This document shows, in pieces, positions 50,205 to 62,699 of a stretch of DNA of 64,000 nt. Source of the stretch: the human T2T-CHM13v2.0 reference genome, Homo sapiens. The DNA is taken from positions 15,904,001 to 15,968,000 of the forward strand of contig CP068257.2 of NCBI GenBank assembly GCA_009914755.4, given 5' to 3'. Position numbers and translations under genes: made by a program. The first letter of the stretch is position 1. Each line of letters begins with the position of its first letter. Below the pieces are notes generated by a model. The model had not been told where the DNA came from and ran no database searches. It saw only the letters and a list, made by a program, of their open reading frames with translations.

Positions 50205-50488
50205 TTTTTGAGATGGGTTTCACTCTGTTGCCCAGGCTGGAGTGCAGTGGCACAATCACAACTCACTGCAGACTCTACCTCCTGGGCTCAGGTGATCGAT
50301 CCTCCAACTTCAAACCTCCCAAGAGGCTGGGACTACAGGAGTGTACCACCATGCTCAGCTAATTTATATACATTTTTAGAGACAGGGTTTCACCATGTTG
50401 CTGAGGCTGGTCCCAAACTCCTAGGCTCAAGAGATCCACCCACTTCAGCTACCCAAAGTGCTAGAATTACAGGCATGCGCCACTGGCT
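50205..50488 (-). mobile_element. Alu, antisense (BTG3 intron)
   Basis: tttttgagatgggtttcactctgttgcccaggctggagtgcagtggcacaatcacaactcactgcagactctacctcctgggctcaggtgatcgatcctcc ... ccaaagtgctagaattacaggcatgcgccactggc. Confidence 0.8.
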
Positions 50489-50489
50489 G

Positions 50490-50795
50490 ATTTTTTTTTT
50501 TTTTTTTTTTGAGACGGAGTCTCACTCTGTTGCCCAGGCTGGAGTGCAATGGGTGCAATCTCGGCCCACTACAACCTCCACCTCCCAGGTGTTCAAGTGA
50601 TTCTCCTGCCTCAGCCTCCTAAGTAGCTGGGATTACAGGTGCCCACCACCACGCCCAGCTAATTTTTGTATTTTTAGTAGAGATGAGGTTTCACCATGCT
50701 GGCCAGGCTGGTCTTGAACTCCTGACCTCAGGTGATCCACCCGCCTCGGCCTCCCAAAGTGCTGGGTTTATAGGCGTGAGCCATCACGCCCAGCC
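50490..50795 (-). mobile_element. Alu (AluS-like), antisense, directly abutting the previous Alu (tandem antisense pair)
   Basis: tttttttttttttttttttgagacggagtctcactctgttgcccaggctggagtgcaatgggtgcaatctcggcccactacaacctccacctcccaggtgttcaagtgattctcctgcctcagcctcctaagtagctgggattacaggtgcccaccaccacgcccagc ... gggtttataggcgtgagccatcacgcccagcc. Confidence 0.85.
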
Positions 50796-51554
50796 CCAGC
50801 TGTACTTATAAATGTAACATATATGCTAGTAATTCAAGTCACAGATCAACTAGAAATTTCCTATAAAATTGACTTTAACCCCAATTAAATAAAAAAGGGG
50901 GCCTGTTATTTATACTCACAAAAATGAGAACTGAGGCAGTTATTGAGATTAAAGAAAAAAGATAGTTGTTGAAGAATATAGAGGTTTTGCTTAAATTATA
51001 TTGCTTACTTCAGAGTTTCCTAGGATAACTACTCACCTCTCATCTTAATTTTTTTTAAGGTAAGATGAAAAAATCTTGTTATTCTTCCAAAACATTTTTG
51101 AAGATTTTTGATTTTTTTTAAGTTGTCAAAATATGTAACATATGCTGCTGGTTACTTAAAAAAAAATTCTGAACTGTAGGAAAATAGTGTAATAAACTCA
51201 AGTAAAACCAAGAGTTTTTATTCAGTGGACATAGGAGAAATCCACAAATCTATTTAAATAGATTGCACAGTGTCAACACTATCAAACAATTTCTAGCATC
51301 AGGACAAAGGATATTGTTAAGCGGTTCTTACAAAACACATACAGTTAGAAATGTAATTAAAGTGATTCTAAGTTTGAAAAAAGATAAAAATAAGTAACTC
51401 TAAGTAGAAATAATGTCAAGCTTTTGATTCAATAGTTAGCTGAAGTTAATTCATTTCAAGATAGCACTCGTCTCAAATTATTTCTGAATCAGAATGGTTA
51501 TCTATTATAAAGTAAAAGGCTTAACTGCTATAAAGCCTTTGAAAATGTACATGA

Positions 51555-51690
51555 GGCTGGGTGCAGTGGCTTACACCTGTAATTCCAGCACTTCAGGAGG
51601 CCTAGGTGGGCAGACTGCTTGAGCCCAGGAATTTGAGACCAGTCTGGGTAACATGGTGAGACCCTGTCTCTCAAAAAAACAAAAAAACAA
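51555..51690 (+). mobile_element. Alu monomer-sized fragment (FLAM-like), sense
   Basis: ggctgggtgcagtggcttacacctgtaattccagcacttcaggaggcctaggtgggcagactgcttgagcccaggaatttgagaccagtctgggtaacatggtgagaccctgtctctcaaaaaaacaaaaaaacaag. Confidence 0.7.
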
Positions 51691-51898
51691 GAACAAAAAA
51701 TTAAAAAAACAGAAAAGAAAATGTATGTGGAAATCTAGCAGTCTCAGAGATCACACATAGATGAGTTCTATTTCTTCAGATAGCTATGCTGTCTTCCATT
51801 CCTATAGGCCAAATGAAACTATAAATACTACTTAAATATAGTACATAACTTCGCTTTTGTATTCTTTTTTAGTTTACCTCATAAAAGTTGCTACAGGG

Positions 51899-52232
<334 letters not shown>

Positions 52233-52401
52233 TCATTCTGGCTCTGCCACTGACTAGCTTGGTCACCAGAGGCAAGTCACTTAATTTCCCTAGGCCTTAG
52301 TTTCCTATATGCTGGACGAGGAAGCTGGAGCTGGCTAGATAGTGGTTGATCTACGGCTGGTGACTCTTCGTAGTATAAAATACCTAAACAGAAGCTGGAC
52401 A

Positions 52402-52570
52402 TGGTAGCTTACATCTATAATTCTAGTACTTTGGAAGGTCAAGGCAGGAAGATTGCTTGAGCCCAGGAGTTCACAATTATAGTGAGCTATGATCATGCCA
52501 CCGCATTCCAGCCTGGACAACACAGCAAGACCCTCTCTCTAAAACAAAACAAAACAAACAAAAAATAAAT
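52402..52570 (+). mobile_element. Old Alu (AluJ-like) partial, sense, tail (CAAAA)n
   Basis: gctggacatggtagcttacatctataattctagtactttggaaggtcaaggcaggaagattgcttgagcccaggagttcacaattatagtgagctatgatcatgccaccgcattccagcctggacaacacagcaagaccctctctctaaaacaaaacaaaacaaacaaaaaataaa. Confidence 0.7.
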
Positions 52571-55178
52571 TCCTAAACAATTGAGTTCCTCACAACATAA
52601 AATTTGTGTTCTCTAATTTCAAGTTTACTTAGCATAAGGTTTTAGCAATACACATTTACTCCATGTCCCCTCCACAGTTGGAAGACTCAACAAATTTCAA
52701 GACAATCAAGGGTTAATTCATGTGTTAATGACACTAATATAACAATGACTTAGGCCTATCTTCAGTTTTGCCCATTAATGGAATCAAAATTCAAAAATGG
52801 AAAGGCAAGAAATTTGAGAAAAATTCCTGCCTTTGTAAACAGAAACCTCAACCAAGGGCAAATATCTAATGATTGAAGGATCAGCATTATTAACTCAGAT
52901 TTCTTTGACACCTAGTTTGGTTCTGCATTTTTCCCTTTGTACTATTTTGGTATGAAGGCTCTCTCTTCATGGTAAGAGAAGCTGCTGACTATACTACTAT
53001 AACATTACAATGTGCAGTCGATATCTTAGGAGAATTAGTAGACACCTGGACAACTTTTAAACTTTCCATTTTTCAATGATCACTGATAAAACATCAAGGC
53101 TAATTTAGTTATTTAGAAACAATCAATAGTATTTAACACTCTATTGGGGAAAAAAAAGGATGGCAGAAATCACCAAAAAAAAAAAAAGTTGTAAAATATG
53201 TTGAGTAGATAAGCTGGCATCTGTTCTCAGAACTTCTCATCATAGGCAAGATTTATTTTCTATTCTGTATCACGAAGTGATAACCTTTCTAACTATATGG
53301 CACTCTTTGTACTCTTGCAGCATTTTATTCTATCAGAGTAAGTGAAGACTATGAAGAATGTTCTCAGTGCATCTCAATTTTTTTTTACAATCTTAGTCTC
53401 TAGTATACCAATGAGTTATTATTTTTAAAGATTCTCAGATATTTGATCAATTGTATACTTGCTAGATCAGCTTTAATTTTCAAAATATCTATGTTTCCAG
53501 TTTTGGTGAAAAAATATTTCTCAATGTCTTTTTCTTCTGTTAACTTATATCAACCACCTCTACTAAACGATTAATACGTCTTTCTTTTTGGGGTTCTGTT
53601 ATTGAATGAACACCTGACACTCGCAGGTGATTTCTATTAGCTGTGAAAAAAATCACATCAGAGCCAATTTTTGGCAAATTTACATATAAATTAGAAGCCT
53701 ACTGAATGAAAAGGTTTTCTAAGATTAATAAGATGAAAGCAAAGTAGCAGTTTTTTCCTACCAGGCATCATCAAGTAATGAAATGTCTACTGAAGTAGAA
53801 TGTCCGTATAACTAAAGTTTTTATGTTCAGGTACTGAGACTTATTTTAAGCATTTTAAATACATAGGTCCAAAATGTTTATATAATTATGTAACTTGTTA
53901 AACATCCTTGGACATAAAAACTTTCCCCTGATGGTTTAGGATCATTATATTGAACGTAAACTATTTGATTGTGTGATAACATAATCGTGCTGATTTTTTA
54001 GCTTTTTCATTTTTGCCTCTATGTCAGACCACATGACATTTTTTGGTAGCGTCTGACTCATCAACCCTCTTTAAAATGCTGCTTCTCACATTTCATGGGT
54101 TAAGAAACCACACAACTAACTTAACTGTGTGTTAAATAGGAGCCAACTAGGATCTAAGTGCAGGTCAAATTAAAAAGTAAACAATTCAATATAGTAGCTT
54201 TTTGACAGCTATTTCTTATAAATGGAGGTCTTCTGCACAGGTTCAGTGGCCAAAGTTTTCCAAGTCTGAAACTAGCCTAAAGCAGGTCCTTAATTAGTCC
54301 CAGAATCTAAAAATGTTTATTTTCTCAGACCTAAATTTGAGATAGCTTGCTCCTTTTCTACCCGAGAAAGAAGTATTGGAGAATGTTTATCACAAACCTC
54401 TACCACCTACATCTGGTTTCCAAAAGCAATAAACTTACACCAACCACTGGCAAATCAGGTAGTAACCTCAAGCGGTGGTCCTGACAAAATTTAATGGAAG
54501 AATAATCATGTAATTCATCTCTCCTGTCTTCACCTCCACCTTCATTGCTGGAATCAGGTCAGTCTGCGACCACCTTAGGAGTACATAGTTAGGGTTCCTT
54601 CAAAAAGCAACTTTACTACAATCAATAAAGAGGCCAGGTGGTCAGGTGAATTGTACCTCAAAACCAAATAGAAACATCCTAAAGGCAGAGCCACAGGAAA
54701 ATTCTTGCAGGAATTCCATGCCTCTGTTCATCTTCTTCCTGCTAGTTAGAACATCCTTCCCACCTTGTCACCTGGTCAACCATGGCTCATCCTTCACCTC
54801 CCAGCTCAAGTATCACCTACTCAGTAGTCTCCTGACTCCTCACCAGATGCAGTAACTTTCTACTTTGTGCAACCTACCACTGCATTTTGTACACATTTCT
54901 AACATAAATCAGATAACAATGTAATTTGCTTACTTTTCTTCTCAATTTCAAACTGAATTACCTAAAAGCAGAATGTTGCTTTCGTTTTTGAAAACCCTAC
55001 AACTGAGAGTGCCTGGTCCACAAATAATGGTTTTTGAGCAAGTGGAGTTCAAAAAGATTTCATACCTAGCACTGATCTTTCACAACTCTATTCATTAGGA
55101 GATGTGAAAAATAACTTCCATTATAAAAATAAAACCACGAAGTATCACTCAGTCACTTACATAATCAAAAAGGAGGAG

Positions 55179-55516
<338 letters not shown>

Positions 55517-55875
55517 TTATCCAGTATTATTTGGGATTAGCTTCTTAATTTGAAGACAGACAAGTGCACCACCAATTAAAGATAATAGACACCTAGCGGA
55601 ATCTAGGTGTCTACTTCTTGGTCTACAATAAGCTTCTTGGCAAAGCACTACTAGAAAACCCCCGCCTAATCAGTTTCTTTTTTCGGCTATAAAGCAGAAA
55701 TCTAACTAGTCCTTCAACATCACCTCCAGAAAAGTATTTCATAAAATTTACATCTGAGAGAGTTAAACCACCAGCTCCTGGCCATAAAGATACACAGGCA
55801 GGCCGTACATGACAGAATGTCATAAAATTAGTTCCAGCATGGTCATCAGTTCAGCCTCTAAACTTGAGAACTCAC

Positions 55876-56013
55876 CGACAGCACACCTCACATGGGTCCA
55901 CCCAGAGAGTGAGCTCCTTTGGCAAGCCCAGGTCACTATACAAGATGCAGCTGTTTTCACAGGCTTTCAGGACATCAGGATCAACTCTCTGAAATTTATT
56001 GACACGAATACAT
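55876..56013 (-). CDS. BTG3: BTG3 coding exon: (R)CIRVNKFQRVDPDVLKACENSCILYSDLGLPKELTLWVDPCEVCC(R); 138 nt
   Basis: Minus-strand acceptor ttgttgtag|ATGTATTCG (ag at 56015-56014) and donor TGTCG|gtgagt (gt at 55875-55874). Phase is consistent with the flanking exons (split Arg codons on both sides). Matches BTG3 (BTG box B). Confidence 0.85.
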
Positions 56014-59000
56014 CTACAACAAAGTGGAGTTACGTTAATGGATTTAAATGAATTTAATCATAAACGCCGTAATATCTATTCATACTTGCCAAGGTGAGTA
56101 ATAAAATAGTAATAAAAAAATACCCTGGTAGAGAACCTAGGAGCATATCTATCCTAAACAGATAATAAATGTGAACTACAGGCACAGAGGCAGCCTGAAA
56201 AAAAGATGGCACCTATGTGAGCCCAAGGAAATCACTAGTACTGGGTCTACCTCAGTCTACCCAGAGACTTGACCACCCATGTACATTAAATGAGCACGGA
56301 GTATGAAAGTTGCACGAAATTTTAGAACTCTGAAGGTAAAAGTTTCTATAGGCCAAGTTCCTATACAAAAAAATCTCTAACAAAAGGCCTCATCTAATGT
56401 TTCAGATGGTATTTGGAAATGCTTACGACAAATTCTGATCTGTCATTAACTTGCTTTTATATCTCAGATAGTAAAGTGGTAAGAGGACACCCTTGCTTTA
56501 CCTATAATTGTTCTATAAATACAGGATAAGTGAAGGACACAGATTCATTCATATCATATACTTATGATTAAAATACCTAACTAACATGTTATTGGCTTAT
56601 TTCATTTAACTTCTATTTACCCAAGCACTTTTATTTAAATAGTTGTCAAAATTAAGTGAGGAAAATTTCTAAACCAATAAAGCCTCTGTCCCATCTTTTT
56701 TTAACCTATTATACGACATCTACCTAATGGAATGTTTAATAAATAAAAAATATGCATTCTGTTAAATGATAAGCATTCTGATTAAGTAGGGAAATAGGGC
56801 CTATGAAGGAAAAGTATTTACTGCCTACAATCAAGAATCAATCAAGAGAACTTGGATTTCAGCACTAATCCTACTATTTATCAGGTAAGCCTAGTTAAGT
56901 CACTGTACCTCTTCCTCAGACCTGTAACTATAAAACATGGAAATACAAGTTAATTGATGAATAGTAATTACGCTGTAAAATACAATGATATAAAGACTAA
57001 TGTGCTATTTAAAGTTTTTGTAAAAGTTAAATTATTAGTTGGTTTTAATTTCTATTTAAAAAATGAAAAAGTTCTCAACAGGTAATAGGAATAAGTGTTT
57101 CTACATAATAATATTAACAATAATAACCATTTTAAAAAATTTATTATGCAATGGACAATTTCCTAAATGCTTTGCATGTATTAACTCTTAATTCTCATGA
57201 TCATCCTGTGAGTTAGATACTTTTTTCCTCAGCATAAAGAAAAAAGGAGGCAGAGAGAGTTTGAGTAACTTCCCAACATTACACAGCTACTAAGTGATGG
57301 ATCTAGGGTTCAAATCCAGGCCACTAGACTCCAAAGAGCAAGTTATTTCCTTAATACTCAACCCTGTATATACGTACCTATCTTAGCGTCACCATTAACA
57401 ATATAACAAAGGCAAAGTGAGAAAAATTATTTTCTAGTATGTAAAATACTGCTTAGTCCTTTTAAAAACATGGTCTTATGCTATAGATTCTAATATTGTA
57501 TAGGGTAATTTGAAAGATCCCATGTGCTCTGGGACCAAAAGCAGTTAAGGATAAAAAGATATATCTTAGATGTATGTGTTTTTCTTATCTACAATTAAGG
57601 TGATACAGGCTCTAAGCTTACAAATTATATATAAATATAGATGCTTAAACAGAGACTATGCTTCAACAAAATCTGCATACCTTACATGTTTTGTACTATT
57701 TTTTTTCACTCTACATACTACTTATCCATTAACTACTCTTCAAAAACAAAATTTTAAAAGTTGCATAAAAATATTCTATCATTTACTTAATGTTGACAGT
57801 TTAGTTCTTTCCATTTTTGCAATTACAAAGTGTAAGAGACATCCATATTCATACATGTTCGTCTGCATTTCTAATTATACTTCTAGAATAGATTCTTGGG
57901 AGACTTACTGTTCAAAAGGTATGAATATTTTTATAGATCTTGATAATATTGCCAAATTGCTCTCTACAAGTATCTTATTTATATTGCAGAAAAACAATTT
58001 CAACTTACAAACATTTTGTAAGAGAAAGAACACTCCACCTATTCTACAGACTGAAGTCTCTACTAACTTGGTTAATCTTATATTCTATTCATTTTTATAA
58101 TAGTAACAACCCACTATTTTTTCTACTTCAAATACAGCTTTAAAATGACTCAGTAATGATACTTCTGATCACATGCCAATTTAATCGTTTCAGTTTTTTT
58201 CTCAAGTTTTTAGAATTAATGGAAATGAAATTGTACACTGTCTGACCTTTAAATATTTACTTGACAGTGCCTCCTTTTTCAGTAATAGTATGGTGGCTTG
58301 GCACTTCCAAAAAGCCTTCATCCAATGTCAGTTAAATCAGAGTAAAAAGCCTCAACAGTTCTAACTTAACGAAAGCTGTTCACTCTATTGGAAATGAAAA
58401 TATGCAAAAAAAAAATTAAGATAATCAAGAGATAAGATAAAAAATGACTTGAGCCTGTGTTAGCGTGCACATTTCTATTTTAATTCATTTTCCAATTTAC
58501 TGGAAACCTCTTTGGATTAAAAATGAAAAGGAAAATAAACTATTTTGATTCTCTTCTTGTCAATAGAACACAAGCTCACTTGACTTTCAGTACATGAGAA
58601 ATTAGCAAATAATATGTTTACCTCCTTTTTAGACTCCTTGAATAGTGCTGTACTTGCAAGAGCCCAGTGGCAGAAAGGAAGTCCTTCTGACATCAAAGCA
58701 CAAAGTGTTGATTTGTGTAGGAAACTTTGGGGACATCAATATACACAAATAAAAGAGTATTTCTGTAGTTATCACTATAGTCACTGTTCCACTTTTATTT
58801 CTCGTGGCCACATCCACAAAATGGGACAATGTTTGGCAGCTGAGTTTAGCAGAACATTCTCAACTGAGGTTCCTGAGCAGTCACATAAATACTACAGTGA
58901 GCATGCCAGGGCATGTTTTATAGGAGTCTGCTCTTCTTTACTTTAAGCTGTAAATGTACCTTATAAAGCAGAGTACAAAAGACAGCTCCAAGTGAGAATT

Positions 59001-59100
59001 ACCTTCGTTCTCAGTGCCAAAACAGTGGTAACACTGTGGTGTGCAGAAAGCCCATGAAAACATGGGGTCATGTAGACCTGAGTTCAAATCCCAGAACCTT

Positions 59101-59400
59101 GGCCAGGCATGGTGGCTCACGCCTGTAATCCTCACATTCTGGGAGGCAAAGGGAGAAGATCGCGTGAGGCCAGGAGTTTGAAACTCACCTGGGTAACACA
59201 GCAAGATCCCATCTATACAAAAAAAAATTTGTTTTTAAATTAGCCTGGTGTGTTGGCACATGTCTATAATCCTAGCTACTTTGGAGTCTGAGGCAGTAGG
59301 ATTGCTTGAGCCCAGGAGTTTGAGGCTGCAGTGAGCTATGGTTATACCACTGCACTCTAGACTGGGTGACAGAGCAAAAACAATACCACAAAAAAAAAAA
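59101..59400 (+). mobile_element. Old Alu (AluJ-like), sense, ending ~590 bp from the BTG3 first coding exon
   Basis: ggccaggcatggtggctcacgcctgtaatcctcacattctgggaggcaaagggagaagatcgcgtgaggccaggagtttgaaactcacctgggtaacacagcaagatcccatctatacaaaaaaaaatttgtttttaaattagcctggtgtgttggcacatgtctataatcctagctactttggagtctgaggcagtaggattgcttgagcccaggagtttgaggctgcagtgagctatggttataccactgcactctagactgggtgacagagcaaaaacaataccacaaaaaaaaaaa. Confidence 0.8.
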
Positions 59401-59987
59401 ACTCCCAGAAAAGCAAATCCCAGAGCCATTATTTACTAGTCGTGGATCACAGGTGAGTCACATTCATCTAGAAAATAGTTACACTGACTTCTACCACAAA
59501 TATATAAATGAGATTATTCTTGTATTAACGACATATCAGGTGTCTGATAATCTTAGTTCCCTTTTTCCATACTTTTTTTTTTTTCAAAGAACATATAACA
59601 TGTAATTTACTTTTAGATGCAAGATTCACTTCTTTCAACTCCTACCATGCCCATTAATGTGTTATTAGGGGTCCTCTAGAATTGTGAAAATCCCTAAGTA
59701 TTTGTGATAAACAGAAATGCACTGTTAGGAGCCAGGCTATAACCACAAAAGACTAACTCCTTTGACCCCATAGCATTGGCCTCCTGTGTCCAGGCAGTGG
59801 GACTCCACCACTCCGCCAACAAATACTTGTTTTAAAATGAGTAAGGAGAAAATATACAAACACCCCAGAGTTCTATATTTTGCAGATGAAACACCTGTAG
59901 GCATGGTCTGCACACCCTTCAATCATCCGGCCTTGAACCCACCTCAGGGGTTGATCAGCCTCTGCTTAATCCAATCTAATCCTTTAC

Positions 59988-60160
59988 CTGTAGGCCTGTC
60001 CTTTCGATGGTTTTTCTGGATACCAGTGATTTTTATATTTTTCTTGAAGTATTAGGGTCAATTTCTCAGCAAACCTCTCAACTGCCTCTTTTTTCAACTT
60101 ATCATGTTTTCGAACTAGCCTTGTGAAAAAGAAGACAACGGCAGCAATTTCATTCTTCAT
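59988..60160 (-). CDS. BTG3: BTG3 first coding exon (ATG at 60160-60158): [57 protein letters not shown](R); the exon itself starts at 60168 after the acceptor ctttgcag
   Basis: Minus-strand reading ctttgcag|GGAAAAAAATGAAGAATGAAATTGCTGCC..., with donor TACAG|gtaaag (gt at 59987-59986). Translation equals the BTG3/ANA N-terminus (BTG box A region). Confidence 0.85.
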
Positions 60161-60689
60161 TTTTTTCCCTGCAAAGATAAAACATGTTTTCTCAGAAAAA
60201 CAAAATATAAAAACTGGGAAGATGAAGCTCTGTAAGATATACCTCCTTTACAGCTCTCCCCTTCCTCCTTCCAATTTTATCTTGTATTTCTTTGGCTTAT
60301 ATCTGAAGTAGAGAACAATCTACTTATCTTTATGCCATAAAGGCCTTATTATAAAATACTACTTAAAAATCTTATCACTTAGCTTCATGAAGAAATTCCA
60401 TAAAGATAGCACGTTGCTCCTGTTGGCTAAAATAAAACCACACCTATCAGTAAAAGAGAAGCACTATAATAAATGATACGACATAGATGTTACTGTGTGT
60501 GTCAATATTTAGCTGCAATAATCTAAGTTTAAAATTCTGTGAAATGATTTGAACTTTAAAACATAAAAAAAGTCTACTTTAAAATCTAGAACTGTAGAGC
60601 TATTTTATAACAGAAAAGTTCGGCAGTTCCTAGAAAGGTTAAACACAGAGTTATCATATGACACGGCCAATTCTACTTCTATTTGCCCA

Positions 60690-61380
60690 AGAGAAATGAA
60701 AACATATGTCCACACCAAAACCTTGTACAGAAATGCCCATAGCAGTATTCATAATAGCTAAAAAGTGAAAACAATATGTTTACCAACTAAAGAATGGACA
60801 AATACTGTGTTATACACACGTATGGAATATTATTCAGCAATGAAAAGGAATGAGTACTAATACAAGCTACAATATGGGTGAACCTTGAACACAGAAATGC
60901 CCACAGCAGTATTCATAATAGCTAAAAAGTAAAAACAATCTATATGTTTACCAATTAAGGAATGGACAAATACTGTGGTATATACATGTAATGGAATATT
61001 ATTCAGCAGTTAAAACGAATGAGTACTAATATAAGCTACAACATGGGTGAACCTTGAATACATCACACTAAGGGAAAGAAGCCAGTCACAAATGACCACA
61101 TATTGTACGATTCCATTGATATGAAATATCCAGAATAAGCAAATCTATATAGACAGAAGACAGATTAGTGGCCTACGGGGAAGTGGGAAACCAAGAAAAG
61201 GAGCATTGCTAATAAGTACAGGGTTACTTTTTGAGGTGATAAAAATATTTACTAAATTTCACTATAGTAATGGTTGTACAACTTTGTGAATATACTAAAA
61301 CCATTGAACTGTACATTTTAAATGGGCGAATTGCATGGTATATAAATTAAATCCCAAAACTGTTCTACATAAAAAATTTC
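60690..61380 (+). mobile_element. Ancient L1 (L1M-type) 3'-terminal fragment, sense, containing an internal ~180-bp tandem duplication (approx 60706-60885 and 60886-61065)
   Basis: gagaaatgaaaacatatgtccacaccaaaaccttgtacagaaatgcccatagcagtattcataatagctaaaaagtgaaaacaatatgtttaccaactaaagaatggacaaatactgtgttatacacacgtatggaatattattcagcaatgaaaaggaatgagtactaatacaagctacaatatgggtgaaccttgaacac then a near-repeat agaaatgcccacagcagtattcataatagctaaaaagtaaaaacaatctatatgtttaccaattaaggaatggacaaatactgtggtatatacatgtaatggaatattattcagcagttaaaacgaatgagtactaatataagctacaacatgggtgaaccttgaatacatcacactaagggaaagaagccagtcacaaatgaccacatattgtacgattccattgatatgaaatatccagaataagcaaatctatatagacagaagacagattagtggcctacgggg...actgtacattttaaatgggcgaattgcatggtatataaattaaatcccaaaactgttctacataaaaaa. 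This is the classic L1M terminal consensus ('...tatggaatactactcagccataaaaaggaatgaa...gtgaaagaagccag...gtggttgccagggg...'). Confidence 0.75.
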
Positions 61381-62699
61381 AGCATTGACTTTCCGAAAGT
61401 ACTCTTTCAGGAAGAGAGATACATTTATCCACAAGTTAAGAGACACAAAAACTAGTGGATCTATCAGGACATATTTAAGAAATGGAAATTCAGGTCACCC
61501 GCAGAAAAACAAACTAAAAGAAATAATCAGAGATTTAGCTACATTTTGGATTGCCTCAAAGGACTTTAAAAATGGTATATCTGATTTATCATTGATTAAT
61601 CCTTAAGGGCAAACCCTTGTCCTAAGATTGTTTTGATGTATGTTGTCTCTACTCAGTGAGCTCATTCATCTGGCTGCTGTAACCTGGAGTTATTAAGATG
61701 CTGCCTTTAGTAAGCAACATCACCTTTTTGGGAGCCAATTACGTATTAAAAACATACAGCCTCTGCTATGTTTAGCATAAAAACAACTAACCTAGCAGTA
61801 GTTTGTGTTCCCACATTTCCAAAAAAATAAAGCTGATTGTTAGCTTTCTTTTCTCAAACTGCTCTTTCAGTCTCTCTTCAGAATATGACTCCTTTATTCC
61901 AAGTGCAAATTCAAACAAGGAACCTCACTGTGAAATAAATTCTACACAGTTATCTGAGAGGTGTGCTGGCAGCCGCAGATAGCCTGATGGAGGGGAAGGC
62001 ACACAAATCTTCCTCCCAGAACCCTAGAATGAGAAATTCACCTTCTACAGCCAGCTAGCAGGCACCGGGCATGGGTCCACACACGAGTGTACACGTATAC
62101 ATAACCCCAGCCCACCACGACTGCTGTGCAGCCTCCTCCTGAAAAATGTAAGCCATTTCCACTTTGTAAAGCTACGTTTATATTCCACCACGATACGATG
62201 GAAAAGAAAACCCAAGGCAATTTAATATACGGGTTGGGAAGAAAGTTTTGCTGATGGAACTACATTAGCCTCCACTCCAGCAAAGCAAACAAGGAACCAC
62301 ACTAAAGAAATGTACTGAATCTTTTAACTAGATCTTTCTCCTCATTCATTACATTTGCCAACTATGTGCCACATATCTGAGTTCTGGATTTGTTTCTGTT
62401 TGCTCTGCTTCATATAAAAAAATAGAAAAGAAGGAAAGAACCACTTAGTGGTTGCTTTTGGTTGTAACACAAGATGACTCATTTGGACTTTTGTTTTCCC
62501 CGTTTGAAGAAATGATAGCTCGAACAGCTGAAAAATAAGCCCACTCCCACCAGTATTCTAGGAGTACCAAAAGGTGAAAGAGGGAGAGTTACAGTCAGGG
62601 CAAGAACCACCAGAGGCAAGCAGGGCCAAGAAGACCTCAGGCGTCTTGAGTAAGTAGGCGTCCTCCACCCACACTCAGAGCAAAAGGCTCCCATTTTAA

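Noticed and set aside
50205-50795. Regularly spaced ~300-bp repeats that could superficially resemble an array
   Set aside because: They are two abutting Alu elements in eukaryotic DNA. This is not a CRISPR array or any other structured tandem array.
57570-58100. 176-aa plus-strand ORF
   Set aside because: It is AT-rich and low-complexity (Leu/Phe/Ile/Asn/Tyr-rich) and lies in old repeat-like intronic sequence of BTG3. There is no start-context, splice or homology support.
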